The position numbers and the translations under genes were made by a program. From assembly GCA_951406725.2 (NCBI GenBank), contig OX597829.1:56668001-56732000 (forward strand): 64,000 bases of DNA, read 5' to 3'. This DNA is from Octopus vulgaris (taxonomy: Eukaryota). The notes beneath the pieces were generated by a model. The model ran no database searches, was not told the DNA's origin, and saw only the letters and a list, made by a program, of their open reading frames with translations. This document shows, piece after piece, positions 50,601 through 61,169 of the stretch. Positions within the stretch are counted from its first letter, which is position 1; the number at the start of each line of letters is the position of its first letter.

Positions 50601-53160
50601 TTGCAAATGACTAAAAAAATTTCTCTTTCTATTTTACAGGTCAAGAAAGAATTCAAGTCTTCTATGTTAACCTTAAGGTTACTTGCAAAATTTTTAGGTT
50701 TTATAACATTTCTGCCGTATCAGTCTGTCAACAAACTTCCAGATGAAGTGCACTCTACCTATGTGAATATAAGAAATAAAGTTAGTATTCAAAGATTATT
50801 GAACACACACACACATGACTAATATTGTAGTTAGAGTTAATGGAAATTATTCCAAATTTGTTTTTGTTTTTTTTAAAGCACCATTCATGTGTAGGTCATT
50901 GCCAGTGCCACCTGACTGGCACCCCATGCCAGTGGCATGAACCATCTGAATGTGGTCGATGCCTACCAGGCCCTCAGACATCCCTCCTCCCCAACTGGCT
51001 CCTGTGCTGGCAGCATGTAAAAAGCACCATCCAAATGTGGCCGATGCCAGTGCCGCCTGACTGGCTCCTGTGCCGGTGGCACGTAAAAAGTACCCACTAC
51101 ACTCTTGGAGTGGTTGACATTAGGATGGGCATCCAGCTGTAGAAACATTGCCAGATCAGAACGGATCCTGATGCTGCCTCCTGGCTTGCCAGTCCCCAAT
51201 CAAGCTGTCCAACCCATACCAGCATGGAAAACGGACACTAAACGATGATGATCAAGGATATTGTCATCGTTTCTTTAAAGGAGTGATGGGTCATCTTATG
51301 AAGACCAGCTTTCTGATGTTACTGCTTCTGATTTTACTTCTAGTTACTTCCTTATATACTTTTGTATTCCATTGTTAGATACAGTTATTCCACATCACTC
51401 CATAAGGGACATAGGGTGAGTTTTCCAGCTTCTCTGGTGTATATATTCCTCCCCGGACAGGACATCAGTCTGTTGCAAGATTGCTCATTTTTGCTGAGTG
51501 GACTGGAGCAAACTGAAATGAAGTGTTTTGCTCAAGAACACAATGCATCCCCTGGTCTAGGAATTGAAACCACAATGTTACGATCATGAGTCCAATGTCC
51601 TAACCACTAAGCCATGTGCCTCTGCATAGTTTAGTATTGTTCTAACAAAAGTTTCCATTATAATTTACAATTGGAATTTTACATAAACATTTCCATTTCA
51701 TTTGATTCCTTTCCTGATTTTATTTTTTTCTGTCTTGAAAAATAATTTAGCACTTGGTTTTGTTGAGAAGTTTTAATGTAAAAATGCAAAAGAATTTAAT
51801 TTAAATCTGAAGCAATTCTAATTCTTGAAAGAAGGAAAAAAAGATTAAGACATTCATTTATAATTGAAGAATTTTTTCAGAGCTGATGTTCATCTCCCAT
51901 TGATTTCAGAGACAGTGTTTTACTAAAGCACAACATGATTGAGTGTTTAGACATCCAACATCATCATCGTAATTTAATATCTGTTTTCCATGCTGGCATG
52001 GTTTGGATGGTTTGTCAGGAGCTGGGCAGCTGTAGAGCTGTCTGTTTTGGTATGGTTTCTACCGCTGGATGCCCTTCCTCCTAACACCAACCACTTTACA
52101 GAGTGCACTCGGTGCTTTTACGCAGCACCAGCATGGGTGCTTTTTACATGGCACCCACAAACCCACAAGATAAAGGATTGCTCAGCTGAAGAGGGATGCA
52201 GGAGACATGCTGCCTGGATGCAAGGACAAACATTTATCCTAAAAAATATACAAATTGTACATTTCAAAACCATTCTATTTTGAATCTAAATACAAGTTTT
52301 ACTATGTTTATTTTAATTGTAGAGTGTTCCTTCCTGTGATACTCTGAGTTATTTGAAAGAAGCATCTACAAGAGGTCGCCTGTGCTTAACCATTCCATGG
52401 GTTGTAGAATTTTTGAGTTGGATTGATAAAATGTCACCCTTACTTGATTATTATCAGGAAATATTTCATGAATTGCTCTACATTCATCGGTATGTTATAA
52501 TGAAATTTATTGAAGAACTTTTTGTGAAAATCTTATTTCAAATTTATGTAACCAAGTCTTTTACAGTAATCATTAAATTAAGGGTAGCTTTTCATTCTTA
52601 TTTGAAAAATTGTTTTTATTACTTAATTACAAGAATATGGGTGGTACCCATGGCCTATGTTAGTTGTCTTAGACTGGTGAGGTTGTTGTAGTTTTGATTG
52701 ATTCAAACTTCTGTAGATTGTTACCCATAGGGTGGGGTGGAAAAAGCGTAGGGAAGGAGTGAAACCCATTGGGTTATAGTCCTGGGAAGGAAATATTAAA
52801 TGAAATGCCTACTGTTGGGTTTGGTGGTTGAGGGGAAGTAGGGACAAGAGTAGAGAAGTAGAAAATCAGCTGAAGGCAGTTTGAGGGAAAACTATTATAG
52901 CAAAACAAAACAAAACAACATCTCTGTTGCTGGTGAACAAAACTGCCAATCAACCAGAAATCTGTATAGAAATAGCTTCAAGCCAGATGTGGATTGCATG
53001 TATGCTTTGTAGAAGGTCACCTGTTGATTGGGGCTTATATATTTTCTAAGCCTGAAGCAGGAGTTTTTGGGAAGTAACTTTGGCAATGTTTTAGATATCT
53101 GATAGTTTGTAGCAACTTGGCTAATTTTATTTGAGTGTTTTATGTGTGTATATATATATG

Positions 53161-53233
<73 letters not shown>

Positions 53234-56200
53234 TTGTGGCATTTCATCATCATCATTTAGCATCTGCTTTCCATGCTGGCAAGGGTTAGACTGCTTGACT
53301 GAACCTTGTTATCTGGAGAGCTGCACCGGACTCCATTGCCTGTTTTGGCATGGTTTCTATGGCTGGGTGCCCTTCCCAATGCCAGCATATATGATACATG
53401 CAGTAATTGTATTTTGGTAGTATAGACTGACACAGGTAATCGTGTCCCCGTCAAAGAATGTTTGTGCAGTCCCTGTTCAAAGAATCAGCACATCTGGTAG
53501 AAGGTGTCTAGATAGGATGCAGATGACTCATTTGTATTGAGGGATATGCAGAAAGATAAGGAAAGAATCAAATGTATGGAATTGTGTATTGCTAGGAGTG
53601 AGAAGGAAAGAGTAATTTATGTATGAAATAAAGTGTGTGGTAGAAAATGTCAAACCCTGGAATGTGATGAAATTGACAAATTTATGATATAGAGAGGGCA
53701 CTTTCCATGCAGATTGCCATGGAGTAATTTAGTTAGAAGATTCTCAAACAACTTTCCTGTTGTCAAAGGCAACAACATTGCATTGCTGAAATCTTCTAGA
53801 ATCTACTAATGTGTGACATTGAAAGGAAAATTGCCAGTGGATGTAACTCTATGAAAATTTGTCCCTGAGAACGGAGAGAGATTCTCAAAGTAGTAAAGAA
53901 AGTATATGTCTTCATTACCGTTTGGATGTTAGGGCATTAAGCTGCTTTACTCACCAGTTAGAAAGTGCATGTACATCACAATTTCCCACTGTTCTTCTCA
54001 TTTAATTCTAAAACTACATCTTATCATGAAACAGTAATGAAAAATTCTTTTTATTAAATGTGAAATCCTGTTTTTTCCAGTGACTATTCTAATTTATCTG
54101 TAGGAACTTGTTTCAACTTTGCATTGCCCTTTTCTATATTTATCATCAAACTAAGATTTTCTCTTACACAGGAAATCTTGGTACAATATGAAAGTGAAAA
54201 TATGTCTGGAAACTCAATTATTTATTATCATTCAGATTGAATGGCTTTTAGGAGTGAGTATATTTTATTCTTTTATTGACTTCAGTCATTCATGGTGGGG
54301 CATCATTGCTTTCAAAGGCTTAATCAATTGTATTAGCCCCAGGTATAGGAATAACTGTGTGGTTAACAAGTTTCACTCGCCAATCGTGTTGCTTTAGGTC
54401 TGGTTCCACTGTGTAGTATATTGGGCAAGTATCTTTGACTACTGACCAGGTCCAACCAAGGTTTTGTGAGTACATGTAGTCGAGAGGACCAGAAAGATGT
54501 GTCTGTCTGTCTGTCTGTCCTTGTCTCAACATTGTGCAGTAGTTGTGGTGGGCAGGTCTTTTACACTCCGTTTCTTCATTTTTGACACAGTTGTACTGCT
54601 GGATGCTCCTACTAGGAATTACTGCCATCCCCTGGGGGTAGGGGAAGACAATGTTCATGGTATTTTTAGGTATCTGCAATAGGTAGAGGGAGGGTTGTTA
54701 CAGTAGAACTCTAGCTGCTGGCCATGAGGGTGTCTCCATGATGTGGATAGTTGGTGTGCAACGGTAGTTAATAGCAATTTATCATACGGTTTAACTTACT
54801 ATCAATCATAAAACAATAGCAGAAAACTTATCTTAAACTAAGGATAACTGAGCAGATATACCAACTGTCAGATTGTATGGACTTGAAGAATACCTCATTT
54901 TTTACCCAAAGATTCAGATCAGAGGGAAGAATGGCTATGGAAACCATCAGCAGTAACCTGACAAAAATGTTGAATGTGGCTATACTTATATAGGAAGTGA
55001 GGAAGTCACAATAGCCTGAGGTTCATTGCCTCAGATCACTGCTCATGTGATATGTATGTTCTGTGTGTGTGTGTGATGTACAAGTGCAACAGAGCATTGG
55101 TGCATTGAGAGAAAAGTTAGGCATTAGAGGAATTAGATGCAGTGTGCAAGGGAGAAACTCGGGAAGACGTGGGACGAGGTATTAAAGGCCGATCTCAAGA
55201 CAATGAACCTCACAAAGGAGGTGACAAAGGGTCTAGATATATTGCACATTGCTTTACTCAAAAAGACCTGCCCACCACAACAGAGTTGATACCTTAAAAC
55301 AATCTTGGTAATGCCTGTCCATGAGGGACTCTGCCCCATCAAACTACTCCTCTTAGCCATATTTGATCCCCTAACATCCAAACAGCACTGGTGCTGGTGA
55401 CATGTAAAAAGCACCCACACTTTGTAAAGTGCGGAAAGGCATTCAGCCATAGAAACAACCAAACCTAAACAGACTATGGAACCTGGCATGGCTCCTGGCC
55501 TTGCCAGTTCCTGTAAAACAATCCAACCCATGCCAGCAGGGAAAATGGACATTAAATGATGGTGATGATGATATATGTATATATTTGATGGGCTTACTCT
55601 TTTACATGTTTCAGTCATTTGACTGCGGCCATGCTGGAGCACCGCCTTTTTTTTTAATCGAGCAACTCGACCCCGGGACTTATTCTTTGTAAGCCCAGTA
55701 CTTATTCTATCGGTCTCTTTTGCCAAACCGCTAAGTGACGGGGACATAAACACACCAGCATCGGTTGTCAAGCAATGCTAGGGGGACAAACACAGACACA
55801 CAAACATACACGCAGACATATATATATACATATATACGATGGGCTTCTTTCAGTTTCTGTCCACCAAATCCACTCACAAGGCTTTGGTCGGCCCGAAGCT
55901 ATAGTAGAAGACACTTGCCCAAGGTGCCACACAGTGGGACTGAACCCGGAACCATGTGGTTGGTTAGCAAGTTACTTACCACACAGCCACTCCTGCGCTT
56001 GTATATATTTTCTCTCCACCAAATTCCACTTATATGGCATTGGTCTACTTGATGCTACATTGCAATAGGATCACAACCAGGAGCATGTGGCCGCAAGGAG
56101 AATTTCTTCATCACATTGCTTTGCCTGGACACTGAACATTTGAACCCTGATAAAACAAATTTGCTTCTGCATTTTTTCTATTTTACCTCTTTTTTTTTTC

Positions 56201-57207
56201 AATTGTGTCATGTAAGTAACTTACTCATTGTAATTAATATTTGTTGCTTAAAATATTTTGTGAATTGTATGTAATTCTCTATGAAATGTGCCATTTTCAG
56301 ATTATGAAATTTTATTGCTAAACAATTAATTTATCTTTGTTTAAGCTGGAATTGATTTTTAAAAATTGAGAGAACAAGAAATAATGATGGGAAAACGGAA
56401 AAAAAAGCAACTGTTAGAACACAGGATTTTCATTCAGTATAGAATGTGATTCACTTTAAATCTCATTTTGTTGTCAATCATAGTATAGTTTATTTTCCTT
56501 TATAATTGAGCAAAATTTTCAAGATCTAATTCTCACTAAGTTACTGAGAGGCCAATTGTTTTTCAGCTGAGATCCTATTTTTTTTAGCATCTCTTTTCTC
56601 TTGCTTCAAGTCAAAAACAAATTTATTATTTATATTCATTTGTTTCAGATTCCGAATATGCCTGAAGGAATATTTTTTACATTCTGTGAAAAGTCTCAAG
56701 TGTGTGAAATTCCTGAAAAATGTTTGGTAAGATGAACTTTTGATTTTAGTCTTCTTCTTCTTCTTCTCTTTCAACCAAACAATGAATTAAAATTAAATGT
56801 ATTTATCTCTGTTTCTCTAGGACAAGATGAATGTTGTAGACCAGTCACTATTGCATACATGTTGTCCTTATTTAGGTAAGTTCTTTGGGTTTTTGTTTGT
56901 TTTTTCCTCTATGAGTGCATGTAAATTAATTTAAAGAGAGAGAGAAGAAAGCAAATATAGTTGTAATGATGATGAAGGATTTGGTAATTGGTATCTGAGA
57001 AAAATAGTGGACGCATGTACCGGTAATTATAGATATGGTATCTCTAAGCACTTGGCTGTCTCTGTATGAAGCTATTTTTATTCTGGGGCACGTGCAGCCT
57101 CTTTCTTCTTCCTCCTCCATCTTCTGCTCTTTAATCCCCCCCCACCTTTTTCTTTATCTATTTCTTTGTTTCCTTGTAATTAAATTGTCATAAATAAAAG
57201 TATTTCA

Positions 57208-57256
<49 letters not shown>

Positions 57257-60200
57257 TAATAACCCAGTCCTTTTCTCAGGTATTGTGTATCTATGATTCA
57301 ATATACATGTGTGGCTCGATGCCTGTGCCGTTTGGCTCCCCATGCAGGTGGCACGTAAAAAGCACCATCCAAACATGGTTACTAGAAATGATATGATTCC
57401 CAAAATTGTTAGAAAGTTTGCAATAGGAATATGTACTGAGGCATGAGGGATATGAATCAGTTGTTTTATTAAATATGAGGAATCATTAATGAAGAATTCC
57501 ATCTTTTGTGTAGTATAGCCATGTTGTAAGAAGTTTGCTTCTCAACCACATCGTTTGGGGTTCAGTTCCACAGTGTGGCACCTTGGGCAAGTTTCTTCTA
57601 CTATGGCTTCTGCGTGGATTTGGTTGACAGAAACAGAAAGAAGCCCATTGTACCATTGCGTATGTGTGTTTCCCCACCACTGCTTGACAAACATTGTTGG
57701 TTTGTGTACATGTCTCTAATTTAGCAGATCAACAAAAAATACTGATAGAATAAGTACCAGATTTAAAAGAATAAACACACACACACACACACCTACATAG
57801 AGAATGAACCAAAAGTCACAAGTATGAAATTGTCAGGCTGTGCCCACAGATAGCAACATGCAATTAAACTCTTTGACTTTTGGCCTACCATTAATATGTA
57901 CATTGCAAACTGATTCACATAAGTTCTCCATATTTCATTTACAGGTTCTATAAAGACTCTTTTATTAGATTTTGCAATAGGATCCAGTTCTAAAGCCAGT
58001 ACTCTTAGAAAAATTACCCCCATAGCTGCTGATGATTCTGTTGAATTTTCTTCTAGGCATCAATTACAGGTAATATTTCAAAGTAAAATTTATGATGTTT
58101 AAAAATTTAATATTTATACAAAGCAGAATAATTCATAGTTGTATGTACATTTGTATGTGTGAATGTGTTTATATGCTTGTGTATTATTGTTCAGCCCCAG
58201 ATCTTCTCTGACTAAGCAGACCTATGATAAAAGGCATTTTGTCCATATTAACCCAGTCCTTTTCTCAGGTACTGCATATCTATGATTCAATAATCCTTTT
58301 AATGAGGTTAATGGATTAATTTAAGGGAGACTTGGCAACTATTCCTAGCAGGCTTCTTCGTTCGTCCTGAAAACACTGCTGTCGGGAAAGAGGCAACAGA
58401 ATGTTATCCTACCCCTCTCTCTAACACACACATATACACCTCCTATGTGTGCAGGTTTTTGTTGATGTTATGTGTCTCATTTCTTTCAGTCATTATTTAT
58501 TCCCATTGCCTTGAATTTATCATGCATTATCTCAGATCTTTGAGGTATTGAATCATATGATTGTGTATTCTTACAACGTAGGGTAGGTGTGAGAGGCCAG
58601 ATCTGGCTGATTTAAACTTAAAAACAGATAGAATAAATGCTAACGGGTTAATATTGAATATTAATTCAACACCAGTCTTCGCAATGCTACTGTCCAGCCT
58701 CTCTGATTTGAAGCCACTGTAGCATTTTATGAAATGTTTCCATTCCTGGAGTCTTGAAAGGATTATAATATTAGAGATGAAACTGAAGTCAAGTGTCAAG
58801 ATTTTAGCTGATCCTTTTGTTTCCAATCCTAACTTCTAGTCTACCTTTATTTCAAAGTCAAGTGTCATCGTCATTGCTCAGTTTACCTGGATTTAGCTGT
58901 AATTAGAGTCACTTTGAGACAAAAGTTATGCAATAGAATTGATTAAGAACCCTTTCTTTAATTATGTTCCAAATATCACATTAATATGTTCGTAAGTAAA
59001 AAAGTTACAGTTGTTCAATGAAACTAGTCTAAATTCATGATTATTTTAGAATTTAATTGAAACTCATGAGGGGTGTATTTTGGTCAGAAATATAGTAACA
59101 AAAGGGTTAATACTGGTTCCCATATGCTATTCATATCTGCACTCAATCTGCTTAGGAGGTTGTTGTGCTGCTTCTTTTAGTTTTCATATTTTTCAGTGCT
59201 GTTCTCTGACTATTATTAACTTCATCCCACAATAATAACAAAGAAAATTTAGTACTTCTTTTTGCTTCAATCATTCATTAGCTGTAAATACATAGCCTTA
59301 AATCTTTATTCATTATTTCATAAGCAATATAAAGTTAAGAATTTGTTAAGATTGACCTTTTACTTTTATCAATTTCAGCTTCAACTTGAAGATAACTTCT
59401 TTCATAATCACCCAACATCTTTAAAGAAAACTGTCGACTTTATAGCCAAAAGAATGGTATCTAACTTCATCAAGTTATTTAGAAGTCGAAAACTGGAGAG
59501 TTTACTTCGGCAGAGCAGGAATACATTTACTGAAACCATGGAGCAGTGCCTTGACCCTGCAAATATTCCAGTGAGACATTGTTTAAATTTTCACTCTGTA
59601 CAGTATGATTCTAAAATTAACTCATGTCACTTAGACATAATTTGTTTGTAACTAATTGTTCCTTTCCTTTCTTCTACATCGATTTCATATTTTGTTTAGA
59701 TGAGTTATTACTTCTCTTAAACATCTCATACAACATGTTCTGAGTTCAAATTCCACTGAGGCCGACTTTGCTTTCATCTTCTCAGAGTTGCTAATATAAG
59801 TACCAGTTGACCACTGGGGTCAATGTAATCGACTTACCCCACTTCCCCTGAACTTGCTGGCCTTGTGCCAAAATTTGAAATCATCATTATGTAATTAAGA
59901 TAGTAAGCCTACAGAATCATTAGCAGAATCATTCCATTTTAGGCAAAGTTTCAAAAGAAGAAAATTGAAGATGAATTAATACATTTAGTTCTGTGAACTA
60001 AAATTAATAAATTAACTTCAAAATAAATTATGGCCATTCCTGAAATAATTTGAAATACCATTATGAAGTACCATTGCTGGGTTTATGTTCTAAAGAATAA
60101 CAGTCTCATGTAATAAGCTTTGGCTCAATTGAAAATATTAATTCATTGCTTTAGTTCTTACTGTAAGATTTGCATATATAAAAGTAAAGTACTTAGAAAT

Positions 60201-60493
60201 AAGTCTGGTATTTATTCTATCAGTCTTTTTGCCGAACTGTTAAGTTACAGGGGAGGAGGGAACAGACACAAAGACACACACACACATAGATATATATGTT
60301 TATATATACATATATACTATAGACTTCTTTCAGTTTCTGTCTACCAAATCCACTCACAAGGCTTTGGTTGGTCTGAGGCTATAGTAGAAGACACTTGCCC
60401 AAGGTGCCATGCAGTGGAACTGAACTCAGAACCATGTGATTGGGAAGCAAGCTACTTACCACAGTAAGATTTTTCTTTAATGTACTTATTTGC

Positions 60494-60530
<37 letters not shown>

Positions 60531-61026
60531 AGTTAGCTTTGGTTTGAAATATCTGCATAATCCTTGAATTGTTGGAGTATCGTTTGTGTTAAAGTTGGAT
60601 TTGTTTATGTTCTCTGTTGACCTGATACCAACATTCATTTTGAATGTTGACTGTAGAAGCTGAAGACAAAATACTTTAAATGTTTTTTGTCTAGGACTTT
60701 CATCTTTACAAAATTGTTGCTCTGCCAAGAAACAGTAAAATAACAGAATTTCATCTTGAAACAAAATTATTAACACTGTTCTTCTGTATAATATTCCATA
60801 AACGTTCTTGATCTTATTTTTTATTTTATTCTAAATAAAAAAATATATAATTCCGGTTTTTTTTCTTTTATGTTTATTCAGACTCAGTTCTTTTTGTTTT
60901 TCATTAAAAATCTATTAATTAAAAAAATCTGTTTTTGTTTCAGGAATTTAATTATGAAGATGTTGATGATTTAAATAAAGATTTTATGCAAGGTGTTCAA
61001 AAGTATTTGAAAGATGAAATGAGAAG
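20518..61026 (+). CDS. CDAN1: Codanin-1, 20 coding exons, 3'-incomplete (about 969 codons in window)
   Basis: All 19 introns are GT-AG with consistent phases (2909 coding nt). Motifs MAAVLDALL, KEFIPYFLNYLRDQ, SRRIKPTPV, FQAETDNRNNF, LRLLAKFLGFITFLPY, VDQSLLHTCCPYL and FFHNHPTSLKKTVDF match recalled human codanin-1. Confidence 0.95.
21628..21747. repeat. Tandem duplication, about 58 bp x2
   Basis: TAGAAAATATGAACAAGGAACTT(G)AATAAATAAAAGGA...CACAATCCC repeated. Confidence 0.85.
23630..23880 (+). mobile_element. Gypsy LTR retrotransposon integrase C-terminal (GPY/F) fragment
   Basis: VKPPLTTPYAGSFRFLSCTNKFFTIDLNGRKDTISVDRLRKTF matches the GPY/F consensus PL.PPY.GPY.V......F.I...G....VS.DRLKPA. 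Confidence 0.8.
24198..24450 (+). mobile_element. tRNA-headed SINE-like element carrying a decayed hammerhead ribozyme
   Basis: A-box TGGCGTAATGG at 24221-24231, B-box GTTCAATCC at 24266-24274, then CTGATGA-A-GGCT...AGCC-AAAA-TGTT-GTGTT at 24363-24403; follows a (TA)n run. Confidence 0.7.
25147..25936 (+). mobile_element. Non-autonomous Helitron, complete termini
   Basis: Begins TC after host A, ends CTAG before host T; subterminal hairpin CGTGC-atagaac-GCACG at 25901-25917; no TSD. Confidence 0.85.
26860..27243 (+). mobile_element. RTE-clade LINE reverse transcriptase fragment
   Basis: GIRQGCVAAPDLFNCVID...LEYVDDTTLF...KLGLQLSWMETK. Confidence 0.85.
27245..27455 (+). mobile_element. SINE 3' part (Deu/Nin-like central domain)
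   Basis: Similar to 31880-32040. Confidence 0.6.
28385..31185 (+). mobile_element. RTE-clade LINE, internally deleted and inactivated (APE + RT + 3' UTR)
   Basis: Endonuclease motifs (DICCI*EVKW, AGNFNGHVG, RNEEGTRLLEFC), RT motifs (GKAPGPSG, NYRGIKLL, QFGFVPGKSTTDAIF, GVHQGSVLSPLLF, YADD at 30124-30135); several stops and frameshifts; deletion near 29060. Confidence 0.95.
31423..31505 (-). ncRNA. Degenerate minimal hammerhead motif (Penelope-like remnant)
   Basis: CTGAAGA-AGCTA...TAGCA-GAAA-CAGCTG-TA; stem I not paired. Confidence 0.5.
31678..32040 (+). mobile_element. tRNA-derived SINE with Deu/Nin-like domain
   Basis: tRNA-like head followed by GTCTGTGGAGTGTTCAGCCACTTGCACGTTAATTT; second copy at 27245. 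Confidence 0.65.
32230..32785 (+). mobile_element. RTE 3'-UTR-derived repeat with tandem GTGCCGGTGGCAC modules and (GAT)n tail
   Basis: Starts with sequence matching 31030-31170; related copies at 38770, 46380, 50870 and 55380. Confidence 0.8.
32790..33106 (-). mobile_element. Gypsy LTR retrotransposon pol fragment (end of RNase H)
   Basis: ANRLQRQGTILLNYNYRLEYLSSKKLGHADTLSRL matches RL.RW...L..Y.F.I.Y..G.....AD.LSRL. Confidence 0.85.
33654..34276 (+). CDS. CDAN1: Codanin-1 coding exon 2
   Basis: Poly-T tract + TAG acceptor; PPLPEVLINLHCEKKEFIPYFLNYLRDQ...RTQLFP...; GTAAGT donor, phase 2. Confidence 0.9.
34512..34697 (+). CDS. CDAN1: Codanin-1 coding exon 3 (contains ASF1-binding B-domain)
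   Basis: QNCMKPSRRIKPTPV...SFQEERALLK; CAG acceptor, GTGAGT donor. Confidence 0.92.
34764..34990. mobile_element. TTAA-flanked MITE (piggyBac-like), family 1
   Basis: TTAA-(C)C..AGCATT...AATGCTAAAGGG-TTAA; related copies at 47130, 49153, 58500, 62221 and 63650. Confidence 0.7.
36860..37672 (+). mobile_element. Mariner/Tc1 deletion derivative with long inverted repeats
   Basis: HTH region TQVYEWFRRF...DSDEHFGRP and SAKFVPKLL (WVPHEL-equivalent); 36870-37000 inverted at 37460-37645; terminal GATACTTATTGATCAGACC. Confidence 0.88.
37924..38111 (+). CDS. CDAN1: Codanin-1 coding exon 4
   Basis: IEKAKLL...VTNHQKLDTLSKIYSECLY; CAG/GTAATT. Confidence 0.9.
38770..39095 (+). mobile_element. RTE-tail repeat with (GAT)n end
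   Basis: Shared modules with 32230-32785. Confidence 0.75.
39941..40039 (+). CDS. CDAN1: Codanin-1 coding exon 5
   Basis: ALFPSLTVEIFFLVQLLVAK (human [20 protein letters not shown]); CAG/GTAAAT. Confidence 0.88.
41436..41514 (+). CDS. CDAN1: Codanin-1 coding exon 6
   Basis: CSGHNYLKNIHNIVYFSVQVLQNLL (human FQSIHDCVFFAVQVL); AAG/GTAAGT. Confidence 0.85.
41585..42420 (-). mobile_element. RTE LINE 3' fragment with tail
   Basis: WFGHVMCVDGDSCVKKCQSLIMEGKCGRGRRRKT; reverse similarity to 30480-30960. Confidence 0.85.
43717..43843 (+). CDS. CDAN1: Codanin-1 coding exon 7
   Basis: LLPLLGKTILRLLCDNPRIGHFS...; TAG/GTATAT. Confidence 0.88.
44484..44596 (+). CDS. CDAN1: Codanin-1 coding exon 8
   Basis: GVPFQAETDNRNNFPSPKAFSTFRAQR (human [25 protein letters not shown]); CAG/GTATGT. 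Confidence 0.93.
44741..44906 (+). CDS. CDAN1: Codanin-1 coding exon 9
   Basis: DHFYELIREWKDNHEKPQW...HLAKLFVSQLII; AAG/GTAAGT. Confidence 0.93.
45446..45662. mobile_element. TTAA-flanked MITE, family 2
   Basis: TTAACCCTTTTGATACCA...TGGTATCAAAAGGGT inverted termini; related copies at 39450-39673 and 58930-59109. Confidence 0.75.
45679..45744. repeat. Short tandem repeat (16/32-bp period)
   Basis: CATGGCATGGGTAGGT/CATGGGATGGGGAGGT repeated twice. Confidence 0.8.
47508..47605 (+). CDS. CDAN1: Codanin-1 coding exon 10
   Basis: MYHEDNNMSLEGDEDSISFLSQLRKSNPEKFKL; TAG/GTACGA; phases 0 to 2 fit the neighbouring exons. Confidence 0.82.
48250..48452 (+). mobile_element. Mariner transposase C-terminal fragment and 3' end
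   Basis: FQAGFQKLQECWDRCVTMQGDYFKGDDV*. Confidence 0.8.
49924..50083 (+). CDS. CDAN1: Codanin-1 coding exon 11
   Basis: LQERFIIPLSTNGPSPAPAFINSQEFFHDFIMLANSHIFNQHLCDILKSKISE; TAG/GTAAGT. Confidence 0.93.
50201..50263 (+). CDS. CDAN1: Codanin-1 coding exon 12
   Basis: LDKSQFLTIENVTEDGDVPKT; 63 nt, TAG/GTAAGT, phase 0-0. Confidence 0.82.
50640..50780 (+). CDS. CDAN1: Codanin-1 coding exon 13
   Basis: VKKEFKSSMLTLRLLAKFLGFITFLPYQ...; CAG/GTTAGT. Confidence 0.93.
50870..51255 (+). mobile_element. RTE-tail repeat with tandem modules
   Basis: Same modules as 32230-32785. Confidence 0.75.
51405..51622 (-). mobile_element. tRNA-derived SINE (family C)
   Basis: Minus-strand GGCACATGGCTTAGTGGTTAGG A-box and GTTTCAATTCC B-box, followed by GTGTTCTTGAGCAAAACAC. 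Confidence 0.7.
52323..52489 (+). CDS. CDAN1: Codanin-1 coding exon 14
   Basis: SVPSCDTLSYLKEASTRGRLCLTIPWVVEFLS...YYQEIFHELLYIHR; TAG/GTATGT. Confidence 0.92.
53143..53232. repeat. (TA)n(GA)n microsatellite
   Basis: Directly visible. Confidence 0.9.
54172..54253 (+). CDS. CDAN1: Codanin-1 coding exon 15
   Basis: KSWYNMKVKICLETQLFIIIQIEWLLG; CAG/GTGAGT. Confidence 0.85.
55595..55998 (-). mobile_element. SINE family A, full-length, probably young copy
   Basis: Complete head GCGCAGGAGTGGCTGTGTGG...GGTTCAGTCCC through to tail. Confidence 0.9.
56649..56726 (+). CDS. CDAN1: Codanin-1 coding exon 16
   Basis: IPNMPEGIFF... (human IPTVPEDLFF); CAG/GTAAGA. Confidence 0.88.
56821..56875 (+). CDS. 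CDAN1: Codanin-1 coding exon 17
   Basis: DKMNVVDQSLLHTCCPYL (human VVDQQLLYTCCPYI); TAG/GTAAGT. Confidence 0.93.
57512..57772 (+). mobile_element. SINE family A
   Basis: Plus-strand copy of the same family. Confidence 0.8.
57945..58069 (+). CDS. CDAN1: Codanin-1 coding exon 18 (second B-domain-like RKITP)
   Basis: SIKTLLLDFAIGSSSKASTLRKITPIAADD...QLQ; CAG/GTAATA. Confidence 0.92.
59379..59570 (+). CDS. CDAN1: Codanin-1 coding exon 19
   Basis: LQLEDNFFHNHPTSLKKTVDFIAKRMVSNFIK...; CAG/GTGAGA. Confidence 0.92.
60195..60465 (-). mobile_element. SINE family A
   Basis: Similarity to the 55595 copy. Confidence 0.8.
60944..61026 (+). CDS. CDAN1: Codanin-1 coding exon 20
   Basis: EFNYEDVDDLNKDFMQGVQKYLKDEMR; poly-Y CAG/GTATGT; open in the expected phase but poorly conserved. 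Confidence 0.72.
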
Positions 61027-61169
61027 GTATGTTTCTTTTTAATAAGGTATTAATAAAAGAAAAGAAAATATTAAAAATACTGTATCGGAAAATGTCTATT
61101 AATCTTAACTTAACCTTAATCTTAATTTAATCTTAATCTTAACTTAGCTTACCCACTCTGGTCTGACTG

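Noticed and set aside
57260-57305. 45-bp sequence repeated at about 58249-58291
   Set aside because: Likely fragments of the same interspersed repeat; no further structure
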